Shown: in pieces, positions 48,146 to 58,186 of the stretch
How positions within the stretch are numbered: position 1 is the stretch's first letter
Layout: every line of letters starts with the position of its first letter
Source: Candidatus Latescibacterota bacterium
GTDB taxonomy: Bacteria > Latescibacterota > UBA2968 > GCA-2709665
DNA: 64,000 nt
Assembly (NCBI GenBank): GCA_965237675.1
Contig: OZ250150.1
Location: forward strand, 1,120,001-1,184,000
Direction of reading: 5' to 3'
Translations under genes and position numbers: made by a program
Notes under the pieces: generated by a model
Seen by the model: the letters and a program-made list of their open reading frames with translations, nothing else
Database searches by the model: none
Told to the model about the DNA's origin: nothing

Positions 48146-50947
48146 TCATCGGCTACCTCCCGGGGAACCCGCCGTTGTTTCCGCCGAGCTCCTCACGCTT
48201 TCCTCGATGCGTTCTCTCACATCCTCGGCGACCTCGCGCACTTCCGCGGGCGCGCGAACCTTTTCGCCCTGTCGCTCGCGAAGCGCGACGACAAGAGGCG
48301 CCAGTGCACCGGATTTAGCGGGATCACTCAGCATGATTGCAACAAGCTCTCGCTCCTCAGCACCGGCAGCGACCAGGTTAGAAACAACCTGTAGCATCTC
48401 TCGCATTGAAATCTCGCTGTTGTGCGCAAACGCGGCATACGCGGAGCGAAACGCCTCCATAGCGGCACCGTTCTTATTCTGAACCATCAGGGCCAAAGCC
48501 CGCACACACAGCGCCTGCCATCTGAGCCGGCCATCCCCTGTTTCAGGCAGGGCGCCGATTCTTCTTTCGAGTTCCTCACAGACGTGCAGAGCTTCGACCG
48601 CGCGACCCATTTCGGCTTGTCTCATGCCTTTGTTTACCAGCGCCACGTTGACCCATTGCTGAAGGTCTGATACGTCGCTTTCACCATAGCGCTCGACCAC
48701 CTCCTCCCATGACGCGATGGCACCTTCAAGATCCCCCTGTTTCTCTCTCGTTCTTCCCTTGTCGATCAACGCCCCGGCGACATACCTCTGAAGATCAGAC
48801 ACCTCGCTGCCGCCATAGCGTTCGACCACGTCTTCGTATTTTGCAATGGCTTCCTCGAGATCACCCTGTTCCCTTCTCATTCTTCCCCTGTCGATCAGTG
48901 CTCCGGCAACCCAGCTTTGAACCTGTGGCACGTCGCTTTCGCCAAAACGCTTGACCACTTCTTGATATAACGAATCCGCCATCTCAGGATCGCCGTATTC
49001 TTTGATCGCTTCTGCTTTATGGACTAACGAAGCTGCGACCCAGCATTGAAGATCTGGTAAGCTGCTTTCGCCATAGAGCTCGATTACTTCGTCGAACGCC
49101 GCAATGGCTCCCCGCAGATCACCCTGTTCCTTTCTTGCTCCTCCCTTGTAATCCAAAGCCACTGCAGCCAACCAGTGAATATCTGACACTTTACTTTTCC
49201 TGCAGCGCTCAACCACCTCATCGAAGTCTGCAGCGGCTTCATCCATATCGCCCACCTGCTTTTTCGCTCTCCCTCTATCCATCAACGCCGCAGCGACCCG
49301 CACCTGAATGTCCTGCCCATCGCTTTCGTCAAAACGCTTTACCACCTCCTCGCACGCTGCAATAACCGCGTGGAAATCTCGAAGTTGCTCGTAAGCGAAG
49401 GCCTTCGCATGCAAAATGCGGGCAATGAATGATTCCGACAGTCGGGACGAATCCGCATTCGTGGATTTGAACACTTCGTCAATAATTTCGATTACTCTCT
49501 GCCATTCCTGTTCCCGGGACGCTTCCTCGATATCTTTCTGAAGCCGCCTTTCAGCCATCCCCTGGTGACAGATCGCAACCTTGTCCGCTGCGTCTTTAAC
49601 GAAATCCCATTTGGCTCTTGAGTAAATGTCCTCGCCAGGTGGTATCTTGGCAAGCGCCCGGTCAATTCCGGCGTGGAAGACATTGGATTTGATTGCCTCC
49701 GAGTATAACGGGTCGCGAATCCCGTCCAACTCGCGAATGTCGTAAAACGCAACCATGAAATGGATCAGATTCTCCACTATGGCCGCCTCGTCGCGCTCGC
49801 GCCGCAGCTTGTAATAGATGCTATAGAGCGGCTCGGAGGGGGCGTACAGTCTTTTCCTTCCGCCGCCTTCCACGACGACCGCGCCCCGCTCGACCAACCT
49901 GCCTAGCATTGTCGATACGACACGAACGTCCATGCGGGCACGCGATGCGACTTCGCCGGGGCTCGACGGCTGCCAGAGGTCTATCACCGAGACGTAAACG
50001 CGCCTTTCGGTCTTCGCCAGAACTTCGATGTGTCCGCGAAAATACTCCGTGTGCTCGTCGATCAGCGTTACCAGTTCTTCCATCAGCCGGCGGAGGGAAC
50101 GGTGTCTCGAGAACTCGGCGACGATGACCAAAAGGCGTGGGTTACCGCCGGTCAGGATCTGAAGCGGCCTGATCTCACGTGAACTCATGGTATCTCCGCT
50201 GACGACTTGCCAAAGTAGGCGGCACTCATCCGTGTCCAGCGGCTGCAGGTTGACCGTGCGGAACAGTTCGAAGAACGGCTGCTCTGCGTCGTCGAGACCT
50301 TCGAACCTAGTCGTGGTAGAAGCCAGCAGCATAAGGTCAGGTTCCGACTGCAACGCCCCTCTGAGCTTCCAGCCGAAATCGTCGTCCACGTTCTCGCATA
50401 GCAATTGCAGGTTCTCGACCATGAGCACAAGTTTCCTGTCCAGCCGATCCGCCGCCGCCAGTACCGCGGAGCGAGCGTACGCCTCGATCGACCCTTCGCG
50501 CCAGCGGGAAGACAGGTCGCCGTGTGTCCTATGCAGATCCCGTGATAGGCCTGAATCCTGCTCCGCGGTCTCCCTTGCCAGATGGTATAGCGTTTCCAGC
50601 CAGAAATCTGCCAAGTCGAAAATCTCCTGGCTCTCTTCCATGAACCGGACAGGAAACAGGCGTCTGACGAGTAGCCCGTCAGTCCTAATCTCGGCGGCAG
50701 TACGTACCATAAGCATAGTTTTCCCGCGACCTCTAGGGCCCACCACCAGGACGTGTTGACACGACGGCGAATCTATATTTCCTCGGAGGACCTCGAGCAC
50801 GGTTTCAAGTTCTCGTCTTCGGACGACAAACTGCTCGATCACCTCCTCGTCTGATTGAAACGTACCCGGATTGAACTTTCGGATAGGACGATGCGCGGTC
50901 TGGTTCGCCTCTCTTTCACCTGTCATACGTCGACTCCCTTTACTCAA
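48146..50947 (-). CDS. P-loop ATPase + winged helix + TPR-like repeat protein (STAND-like architecture)
   Basis: GPRGRGKT Walker A, LMVENL, ILTGGNPR (GxP), wHTH (SPGEVA...LGRLVERG) and 43-aa TPR-like repeats. Confidence 0.88.
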   Translation of the reverse strand: MSKGSRRMTGEREANQTAHRPIRKFNPGTFQSDEEVIEQFVVRRRELETVLEVLRGNIDSPSCQHVLVVGPRGRGKTMLMVRTAAEIRTDGLLVRRLFPVRFMEESQEIFDLADFWLETLYHLARETAEQDSGLSRDLHRTHGDLSSRWREGSIEAYARSAVLAAADRLDRKLVLMVENLQLLCENVDDDFGWKLRGALQSEPDLMLLASTTTRFEGLDDAEQPFFELFRTVNLQPLDTDECRLLWQVVSGDTMSSREIRPLQILTGGNPRLLVIVAEFSRHRSLRRLMEELVTLIDEHTEYFRGHIEVLAKTERRVYVSVIDLWQPSSPGEVASRARMDVRVVSTMLGRLVERGAVVVEGGGRKRLYAPSEPLYSIYYKLRRERDEAAIVENLIHFMVAFYDIRELDGIRDPLYSEAIKSNVFHAGIDRALAKIPPGEDIYSRAKWDFVKDAADKVAICHQGMAERRLQKDIEEASREQEWQRVIEIIDEVFKSTNADSSRLSESFIARILHAKAFAYEQLRDFHAVIAACEEVVKRFDESDGQDIQVRVAAALMDRGRAKKQVGDMDEAAADFDEVVERCRKSKVSDIHWLAAVALDYKGGARKEQGDLRGAIAAFDEVIELYGESSLPDLQCWVAASLVHKAEAIKEYGDPEMADSLYQEVVKRFGESDVPQVQSWVAGALIDRGRMRREQGDLEEAIAKYEDVVERYGGSEVSDLQRYVAGALIDKGRTREKQGDLEGAIASWEEVVERYGESDVSDLQQWVNVALVNKGMRQAEMGRAVEALHVCEELERRIGALPETGDGRLRWQALCVRALALMVQNKNGAAMEAFRSAYAAFAHNSEISMREMLQVVSNLVAAGAEERELVAIMLSDPAKSGALAPLVVALRERQGEKVRAPAEVREVAEDVRERIEESVRSSAETTAGSPGGSR

Positions 50948-51218
50948 CTTCAGACTGGCGACATTGTAACGGGATATGGTGATCCTTGAAGCGGGCCAAC
51001 CACCAGTCCTTCAGCATGCGTGACTCAAATCCGTGGCCATCCTCGCCGGCTTTGAGCCTGCGCCCGAGTTCCCGGACAATGCTGGTTTTTCCCATCCGCC
51101 GCTGTCCGGTCAACAACACGTGGTTTCGGTCTCGGACGAGTGTTTCCAGTATTTGCAATTCACGATCACGGTTGAAAAAGTCATCGCCGCTAACCCAGCG
51201 GCCCGTGGATGAGTTCAT
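50940..51218 (-). pseudogene. internally deleted ATP-binding protein
   Basis: FFNRDRE...TGQRRMGKTS Walker A joined directly to a C-terminal-like FESRMLKDWW; only 92 aa and no Walker B. Confidence 0.75.
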
Positions 51219-51810
51219 TGTCCGCTCCTTAATTTTCGAATCCAATGAAAATATATTATACAACAAATTCGTTGTCAACCATTTTGTTGTATAATTCGAC
51301 AAGCCGATGAAATCGGCGCCGTTGAAAGTCGTAGGGGGCGCCCCTTGGGTCGTCCCTGCAAATGCGCCGAGGGAGCGGACTTTGATTGTATCGCCATTGG
51401 CTGACCGCTGTCATCCATGCGCCGCAGGTGCGCAAGCCTTGGATAAATAAAAACGACCCGCGGTGTCTGCACTGGTCGTAATGGTCGTATTCTTCATCCT
51501 GTGAATTCTGCCGCAGCCGCTACCTTCGCAGAGTCCTTTTTCGCTTTCTCCGAACCTGGATGGCGCGGAGCGCGATCAGGGCGCGACGTCTCTTGACTTG
51601 CCTGCCGAGGACATCGTTTCCATACAGGTTTTCGGCGATGACATTCAGGGGGCAACTGCCGTCTCCATGCTTTTCCAGTACGACACGCGCCAGGTTCTCT
51701 TCGATGGCTTCGACGTTGGCGGGATTATGACCAATGCCGTGGCGGTAACCCGGGAAAATATGAAGCCAGCGGAGTCGCTGCGGCAGCAATCGATCACCCG
51801 TATCGCCATC

Positions 51811-54546
51811 TCAGTGCGCGTCGAGCCAGTTGGCCCCCGTTCCCATCTCCACGACAATGGGAACCTGCATCGGAATGGAGGTCCTCATCCCGTGTTCAAC
51901 GATTGGCGGGAGGACATCCCCTTCGTCTTTATGCATATCGAAAACCAGTTCGTCGTGAACCTGCAGCAGCATCCGGGACCTGAGACCTCGATCCAGAATC
52001 TCGCGATGGATGTGGCTCATTGCGAGTTTGATCATGTCCGCTGCCGTGCCCTGGATGCGCGAGTTAATGGCGTTTCGCTCTTCTCCCTTTCGGGTGGTGG
52101 CGTTGCGGGAGTTGATGTCGCGCAGGTAGCGGCGGCGGCCCGTGACCGTTTCCACGTAACCCTTTTCGCGTGCGAACTCGATGGTTTCATCCATGTAGGA
52201 TCTGATGCCCGGAAACTGATCGAAGTAATGGGCGATGAGGTCCGCGGCGTGCTTGCGTGAAATGTCCAGACGATCGGCAAGGCCGAACGCGGAAATGCCG
52301 TAGATGATGCCGAAGTTGACGGTTTTCGCGTGCCGCCGCATATCTTCGGTCGCCCCTTCGATGCCGTAGATTCTTTCAGCGGTCGCTGTGTGGATATCAC
52401 CGCCCTGTCTGAAAACTTCCATCAGGGCTTCGTCTCCGCTGAGTTCGGCGGCCACCCGGAGTTCGATCTGGGAGTAGTCGGCGGCAAGCAGCACGTGGTC
52501 TACGTCTCTGGGCACGAAGGCTTTTCGGACTTCCCGGCCCATTTCGGTGCGGATGGGGATGTTCTGCATGTTGGGGCCATGGGACTGCAGGCGGCCTGTG
52601 GCGGCAACCGCCGCTTCGTAGTTGGTATGGATGCGGCCGGTGGGTTTGAAGACCGATCCCGGCAACTGGTCGACGTAGGTCGATTTCAATTTCGTACACA
52701 TCCGGTAGAACATCACTTGTTCCACGATTTCATGTTTGTACGCCAGCCGTCGCAGAACCTGCTCCGTGGTCTGGTACTGTTTGGTCCTTGCAGTGCGCCG
52801 CGCATTCGGATCGAGTTTCAGTTTGTCGAAGAGAATGTCGCCCAGTTGCCTGGGGGAGTTGAGGTCGAAGTGTTCTCCCGCGAGTTGGAAGATCTGCTCC
52901 CTGGCCCGATCGATTTCACCAGAGAGACCCTTGGATAAATCTCGAAGCACGCCGGCTTCACACCGGATGCCTTCGTATTCCATTTCGACAAGGGCCGGAA
53001 TGAGCGGGCATTCCACGTCCCTGAACACCCGCACCTGGCCCATTTCTTCAAGCCGGGACCTCAGTATTTCGCTCAGCTGAAAGGTAATGTCCGCATCCTC
53101 AGCCGCATACTTGGTTACCTGGTCCAGGGGGACGTCTGTCAGGCTCAACTGGTCCTCGCCCTTTTCACCGATGAGATCGGAAATCGGAATGGGACGGTAT
53201 CCCAGCAGCGCTTCCGAAAGATAGTCCATGGTGCGGCGAAGGTCCGGCGTGGCCAGATACGCCGCAAGCATGGTGTCGAATAGCGGGCCTTTAACGTGAA
53301 AGCCCTTCCAGCGCAACACGCTGAGATCGAACTTCAGATGGTGGCCGATTTTTTCGATTTTCGGATTCTCCAGAACGGGGCGGAACGACTCGAGGATCGC
53401 GTTCGCCTCGTCGGGAACCTGGGGCAGTGGCACGTAATATCCGGTGTGCGCCCTGTAAGAGAAGGCCAGGCCGATCAGTTCGCAGGTCTTGGGATTCAGG
53501 CCGGTGGTTTCGATGTCGAAACAGAAGGCTTTTTGCTGGCTCAACGCGGCGATCAGGTCCCGGCGAGATTCGGCAGTGCCGACCCGTTTATAGTCGTGCT
53601 CGACGTCTTCGATGGTTCGGACGTCGCCTCCGCCCTCTTCGGTGGCAGCCATGGGACCGGCTTTGAACGTTTCGCCAAGCAGGCGCTGACCGAGGGTATT
53701 GAATTCGAGTTCGACAAACAGCGCCTTCAATTTTTCTTCGTCCCAATCGCCGCGTGCCAGGTCGTCCGGTTTGACTTCCAATGACACGTCACGAGCTATC
53801 GTAACCAGTTCCTTGGAAAGCAGCGCCTGTTCCCGGTTTTCTTCGATGCGTTCTTTCTGCTTTCCTTTGAGTTCGTCCACATGGTCAAGCAGGTTTTCGA
53901 TGCTACCATACTTTCCGATAAGTTTCTGCGCTGTCTTTTCCCCCACCCCCGGCACGCCGGGCACGTTGTCCGAACTGTCGCCCATGAGACCCAGGATGTC
54001 AATGACCTGTTCCACGCGTTCGATCTGCCACCTTTCCAGGATATCCTTCACGCCCTGAACTTCCACGTCGCCTGTGCGCCCGGGTTTACAGACAAAGGTG
54101 CTGTCCGAGACCAGTTGGCCGTAGTCCTTGTCGGGCGTGACCATATAGGTAACGAAACCGGCCTCCTCCGCCTGTTTCGCGAGCGTCCCGATCACGTCGT
54201 CCGCCTCCCACCCGGGGACCCTGACAACGGGCAGGTTAAACGCTTCACACAGGCGGAAGACATAGGGAAGCGCCATGCTGAGATCTTCCGGCATGGACTC
54301 ACGCTGCGCTTTGTATTCCGGGTACATCCTGTGCCTGTGGGTTGGCTCGGGTGTGTCGAACACAACGCCGATATGGGTAGGGTCCGCGTTGGCCAGAATA
54401 TCCAGCAGGGTGTTGGTGAGCACGAAGACGGTGGACGTATTCAGACCTGTGGAGGACATGCGGGGGTTGCGGATCATTGAGAAATGGGCCCGGTAAACCA
54501 GCGCCATTCCGTCCAGCAGGTAGAGCTTTTTGTCGGTATCGCTCAT
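51811..54546 (-). CDS. polA: DNA polymerase I
   Basis: LLDGMALVYRAHF 5'-3' exonuclease, FDIETTG 3'-5' exonuclease, DYSQIELR, KTVNFGIIYG and LQVHDEL motifs. Confidence 0.98.
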   Translation of the reverse strand: MSDTDKKLYLLDGMALVYRAHFSMIRNPRMSSTGLNTSTVFVLTNTLLDILANADPTHIGVVFDTPEPTHRHRMYPEYKAQRESMPEDLSMALPYVFRLCEAFNLPVVRVPGWEADDVIGTLAKQAEEAGFVTYMVTPDKDYGQLVSDSTFVCKPGRTGDVEVQGVKDILERWQIERVEQVIDILGLMGDSSDNVPGVPGVGEKTAQKLIGKYGSIENLLDHVDELKGKQKERIEENREQALLSKELVTIARDVSLEVKPDDLARGDWDEEKLKALFVELEFNTLGQRLLGETFKAGPMAATEEGGGDVRTIEDVEHDYKRVGTAESRRDLIAALSQQKAFCFDIETTGLNPKTCELIGLAFSYRAHTGYYVPLPQVPDEANAILESFRPVLENPKIEKIGHHLKFDLSVLRWKGFHVKGPLFDTMLAAYLATPDLRRTMDYLSEALLGYRPIPISDLIGEKGEDQLSLTDVPLDQVTKYAAEDADITFQLSEILRSRLEEMGQVRVFRDVECPLIPALVEMEYEGIRCEAGVLRDLSKGLSGEIDRAREQIFQLAGEHFDLNSPRQLGDILFDKLKLDPNARRTARTKQYQTTEQVLRRLAYKHEIVEQVMFYRMCTKLKSTYVDQLPGSVFKPTGRIHTNYEAAVAATGRLQSHGPNMQNIPIRTEMGREVRKAFVPRDVDHVLLAADYSQIELRVAAELSGDEALMEVFRQGGDIHTATAERIYGIEGATEDMRRHAKTVNFGIIYGISAFGLADRLDISRKHAADLIAHYFDQFPGIRSYMDETIEFAREKGYVETVTGRRRYLRDINSRNATTRKGEERNAINSRIQGTAADMIKLAMSHIHREILDRGLRSRMLLQVHDELVFDMHKDEGDVLPPIVEHGMRTSIPMQVPIVVEMGTGANWLDAH

Positions 54547-54691
54547 TACTTTCTCCCTACCCCCGGCTCCCGGAAAGGGAGCATAGCGGGGGTTTTCATT
54601 TTGCTTGCTAACGCCGCTTGCGCAGCCTACTTTATTGCGTTGATTGGCGAGGCCGTTGCGCGGTGACAGGACTTTCCCGTGGAGGATCTAA

Positions 54692-55813
54692 ATGGTGAAG
54701 TTTGAAAGACGCGATTTTCTCAAGAAGGCATCCGGTGCGGTTGCCGGCGGCGCCGCGGTTCTGGCGGGTTGCAGTCCGGCTCCGAGGGAAAAAGCGGATG
54801 CGCCCGCCGTGCATACCAATAAGAAATACGAATGGAAAATGGTAACGGCCTGGCCGCCGCATTTTCCCATTCTTGGCCAAGGCGCGGATTTGCTGGCCAA
54901 ATGGATCGGTGAAATGTCCGCCGGACAACTGAAAATTACCGTTTACGGCGGTGGCGAATTGATTCCGCCGCTCGAAGGTTTCGATGCCGTCACCCAGGGA
55001 ACCGTCGAGATGTGCCACGGCGCCGCATATTATTGGGCCGGCAAAGCGCCCGCGACGCAGTTTTTCGCGGCGGTTCCATTTGGAATGAATGGACAACAGC
55101 TCAATGCCTGGATCTACAGCGGTGGCGGGCTCGAGCTCTGGCAGGAGCTATACGCCCCGTTCAACCTTATCGCGATGCCGGTTGGCAATACCGGAGTTCA
55201 AATGGGCGGCTGGTATAATCGGGAAATGAACAATATCGCCGATTTCCAGGGCCTGAAAATGCGGATCCCGGGTCTGGGCGGCAAAGTAATCGCCAAGGCC
55301 GGCGGCTCCGCCGTGCTTTCGGCCGGCGGCGAAATCTACACCAACCTGGAACGGGGCGTCATCGATGCAACCGAATGGATCGGACCCTATCATGACTATT
55401 TGATGGGATTCTTCAGAGCGGCGAAATATTACTACTACCCGGGTTGGCACGAACCGGGTACCGCGCTTGAGCTGATCGTCAACAAGCTCGCTTTCGGCCA
55501 ACTGCCGTCCGAACTTCAGAGCATCGTGCAGGCGGCGGCTGCCCGCTCCAACGCGTGGATGCTCTCGGAATTCGAGGCCAAGAACTGTGTTTATCTGAAA
55601 AAACTCACCAAAGAACACAACGTTGAGTTGCGCAGGTTTTCGGACGAGGTCCTCAAAGCGTTACGTCGTTTCTCCACTGAAGTGGAAAACGAAGTCGCCG
55701 CAGCCGATCCGATGAGCAAAAAAGTATACGGTTCTTTTGATGCTTTTCGGCGAAACATCACCCCGTGGGCGGCGCTTTCGGAGAAGCTATATTATTCCAG
55801 TATAGGCGGTTAG
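54692..55813 (+). CDS. dctP: TRAP transporter substrate-binding protein (Tat-exported)
   Basis: RRDFLK Tat motif; GNTGVQMGGW, KMRIPGLGG, DATEWIGP and YYPGWHE motifs. Confidence 0.92.
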   Translation: MVKFERRDFLKKASGAVAGGAAVLAGCSPAPREKADAPAVHTNKKYEWKMVTAWPPHFPILGQGADLLAKWIGEMSAGQLKITVYGGGELIPPLEGFDAVTQGTVEMCHGAAYYWAGKAPATQFFAAVPFGMNGQQLNAWIYSGGGLELWQELYAPFNLIAMPVGNTGVQMGGWYNREMNNIADFQGLKMRIPGLGGKVIAKAGGSAVLSAGGEIYTNLERGVIDATEWIGPYHDYLMGFFRAAKYYYYPGWHEPGTALELIVNKLAFGQLPSELQSIVQAAAARSNAWMLSEFEAKNCVYLKKLTKEHNVELRRFSDEVLKALRRFSTEVENEVAAADPMSKKVYGSFDAFRRNITPWAALSEKLYYSSIGG

Positions 55814-55843
55814 AAATCATGCTGAACAGAAGTCGTGGCGCAC

Positions 55844-55873
55844 GGGGACGCGGAAATCACGCGTCCCCTTTTT
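55844..55873 (+). terminator. rho-independent terminator
   Basis: GGGGACGCG-gaaatca-CGCGTCCCC-TTTTT between the convergent dctP and dctM genes. Confidence 0.8.
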
Positions 55874-55885
55874 GTTGCGTTCCGA

Positions 55886-57205
55886 TCAGGACGCCAGGTA
55901 CCGGGGCAGCCACGTGGCCACTTCAGGAAACAGGATGACGAGAGTGAGGCCTATGAGTTGGACGATGATGAACGGTACGATGCCGCGATATATGTGGCCG
56001 GTCCGCACTTCGGGCGGCGCGACGCCTTTCAGGTAGAACAAGGAGAATCCGAACGGCGGGGTCAGGAATGATGTTTGCAGATTCATGGCTATGAGGATAC
56101 CCACCCAAAGAAGGTCCACACCCAGTTGTGCGAAGATGGGCGCGACAACCGGAACGATAATGAACGTGATTTCGATAAAATCGATAAAAAAACCGGCAAT
56201 GAAGATAACGACCATAACGATGGCAAGAAAGACGTGGGGCCCGGGGTCGACTTCCAGGATCAGCTGCGTGAGGTACGCGTCGCCGCGCAATCCCCGGAAA
56301 ACCAGGCCGAAGGTGGTGGCGCCAACCAGTATGATAAAGACCATACAGGTGAGGTGGGTGGTTTCCGCCATAACGGACCTGAGAGTCTTGAGCGAGAGTT
56401 TGCGCTTGCACAGCGTGAGTACGGTCGCGCCAAAGGCGCCCACGGCGGCTGCTTCGGTGGGGGAGGCGATACCGGCAAAGATGGAGCCGAGGACGGCCGT
56501 TATCAGAAGCCCGGGCAAGACAAAGGCGTGGATGGTCTGTTTGACTCGAACGGCGCCCACAAACCGGTCCAGTTCCTCTCTGGGCATCGCGGGCGCGAAT
56601 TCGGGTTTGGTGATGGCGATGATGACGATCCAGGCGAGGAACAGCGCCACAAGGCACAACCCGGGAATGACCGCGGCAATGAACATGTCTCCAATGGAGA
56701 TGTTCAGGATGCTGCCCAGCAACACCAGGACGATGCTGGGTGGAATGATCTGGCCGAGCGTCCCTGACGCGGAGATGATACCGGTGGCGAGTTCGGTGCG
56801 GTAGCCGCGTCTGAGCATGGTCGGCAGGCTCAGGAGACCCATGGTGACAACGGTTGCGCCCACAATGCCGGTGGAAGCGCCAAGAAGGGCGCCGACAACG
56901 ATTACGGAAATGGCAAGGCCGCCTCGCAGTCTGCCGAAGAGCAGGGCCATGGTTTCCAGAAGTTCCTCGGCAAGGCCGGATTTTTCGAGCATGACGCCCA
57001 TGTAGATGAAGAGAGGGACGGCGATGAGCACGTAGTTGGTCATCACGCCCCAGATGCGCAGGGGCAGCAGGTTGAAAAAATCGATGCCTAACGTGAGATA
57101 GCCCAGGATGAAGGACACGCCGCCCAGGGTGAATGCAACGGGGAAACCGAACAGGAGCAGCACAAACAAGACCCCGAACAGAATGAGCGGCATGGCTTCG
57201 ATCAT
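55886..57205 (-). CDS. dctM: TRAP transporter large permease
   Basis: [35 protein letters not shown] and LTPPFG motifs. Confidence 0.95.
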   Translation of the reverse strand: MIEAMPLILFGVLFVLLLFGFPVAFTLGGVSFILGYLTLGIDFFNLLPLRIWGVMTNYVLIAVPLFIYMGVMLEKSGLAEELLETMALLFGRLRGGLAISVIVVGALLGASTGIVGATVVTMGLLSLPTMLRRGYRTELATGIISASGTLGQIIPPSIVLVLLGSILNISIGDMFIAAVIPGLCLVALFLAWIVIIAITKPEFAPAMPREELDRFVGAVRVKQTIHAFVLPGLLITAVLGSIFAGIASPTEAAAVGAFGATVLTLCKRKLSLKTLRSVMAETTHLTCMVFIILVGATTFGLVFRGLRGDAYLTQLILEVDPGPHVFLAIVMVVIFIAGFFIDFIEITFIIVPVVAPIFAQLGVDLLWVGILIAMNLQTSFLTPPFGFSLFYLKGVAPPEVRTGHIYRGIVPFIIVQLIGLTLVILFPEVATWLPRYLAS

Positions 57206-57831
57206 ACGTCCGCCCCCTGTTGTTCGGTTTCAGGGTCGATCGCCTGGCTGCCAGCGATTTTGAGCAGCGAATCAGAGGCCAGAGCGAGGCCCTGTATGGT
57301 CAGCAGGAAAAAGCCGACCGGAATGGCGGCTTTGAGGATGAACCGCGCGGGCAGTCCGCCGGGATCGGGTGAAACCTCCCCGATAACGTAGGCGCTAATG
57401 ACAAACGTGCGGGAACACCAGATGGCGACCAGGCAGAAGGGTATGAGAAACAGCAGACTCCCCGCGAAGTCCACGCATGCCCTGGTTTTCGCCGAGAAGC
57501 GATTGTAGAAGACATCCACACGCACATGCTTGCCATGTTTCAAAGTATAGGCCGCGCCTATCAGGAAAATGACGGCAAACAGATGCCATTCCAGTTCTTG
57601 CACCGCCACGAGGCTGCTTTTCAGCAGATAGCGCGTGAAGACGTCGTAACAGACAACAGCCACGAGGACCGTGGTGAGCCACGATACGGCGGCGCCGACG
57701 CGTTCATTCAACCGATTCGCAAAGCTGACGTAGGCACGCAGGAAATGCAAGGAAGGGATGCCCCGATAGCGGTTCAAAGCTGAAAAGCGGACCTGCCCGG
57801 CAGGGTCGTCAGGAAGTTGTTTTTGCGGCAT
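57202..57831 (-). CDS. dctQ: TRAP transporter small permease (start possibly downstream)
   Basis: QELEWHL...[16 protein letters not shown]; ATGA overlap with dctM. Confidence 0.92.
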   Translation of the reverse strand: MPQKQLPDDPAGQVRFSALNRYRGIPSLHFLRAYVSFANRLNERVGAAVSWLTTVLVAVVCYDVFTRYLLKSSLVAVQELEWHLFAVIFLIGAAYTLKHGKHVRVDVFYNRFSAKTRACVDFAGSLLFLIPFCLVAIWCSRTFVISAYVIGEVSPDPGGLPARFILKAAIPVGFFLLTIQGLALASDSLLKIAGSQAIDPETEQQGADV

Positions 57832-58186
57832 AAACTAAGGACGGCCCCAGTTGTTTGCAATCAAAAAAACGTTGCCATCACAACATCTTTTCGTTTCCTT
57901 ACCGCGCGGGAACATACGTCCCGGGTGCTGTTTGCCGCTGAACTTCGCGTTTGCGGGACGGGTCCGCGCTTGCCCCGTTAGTGCATGCGTGGCCGCTTTG
58001 TGTTTGTTCGCACCCTGGTTATATTTGGCGGTAGAACGAAGGTATTGTGACTTCGAGCCTGGATGCGGCCATACAGGGACCTGAGACAAGGGCAGCGGCC
58101 AACGGGCTGGAATCGGCTTTCGTCAGGCGCCGTATTCCCGCCAGAACAGGAATTCGGATTCATGCGCGGTTGAGGAGCCCTCTGCG

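Noticed and set aside
51520-51790. Cohesin-like fragment on the plus strand downstream of polA
   Set aside because: Short, no proper start, runs into polA antisense; at most a remnant, so not listed as a feature
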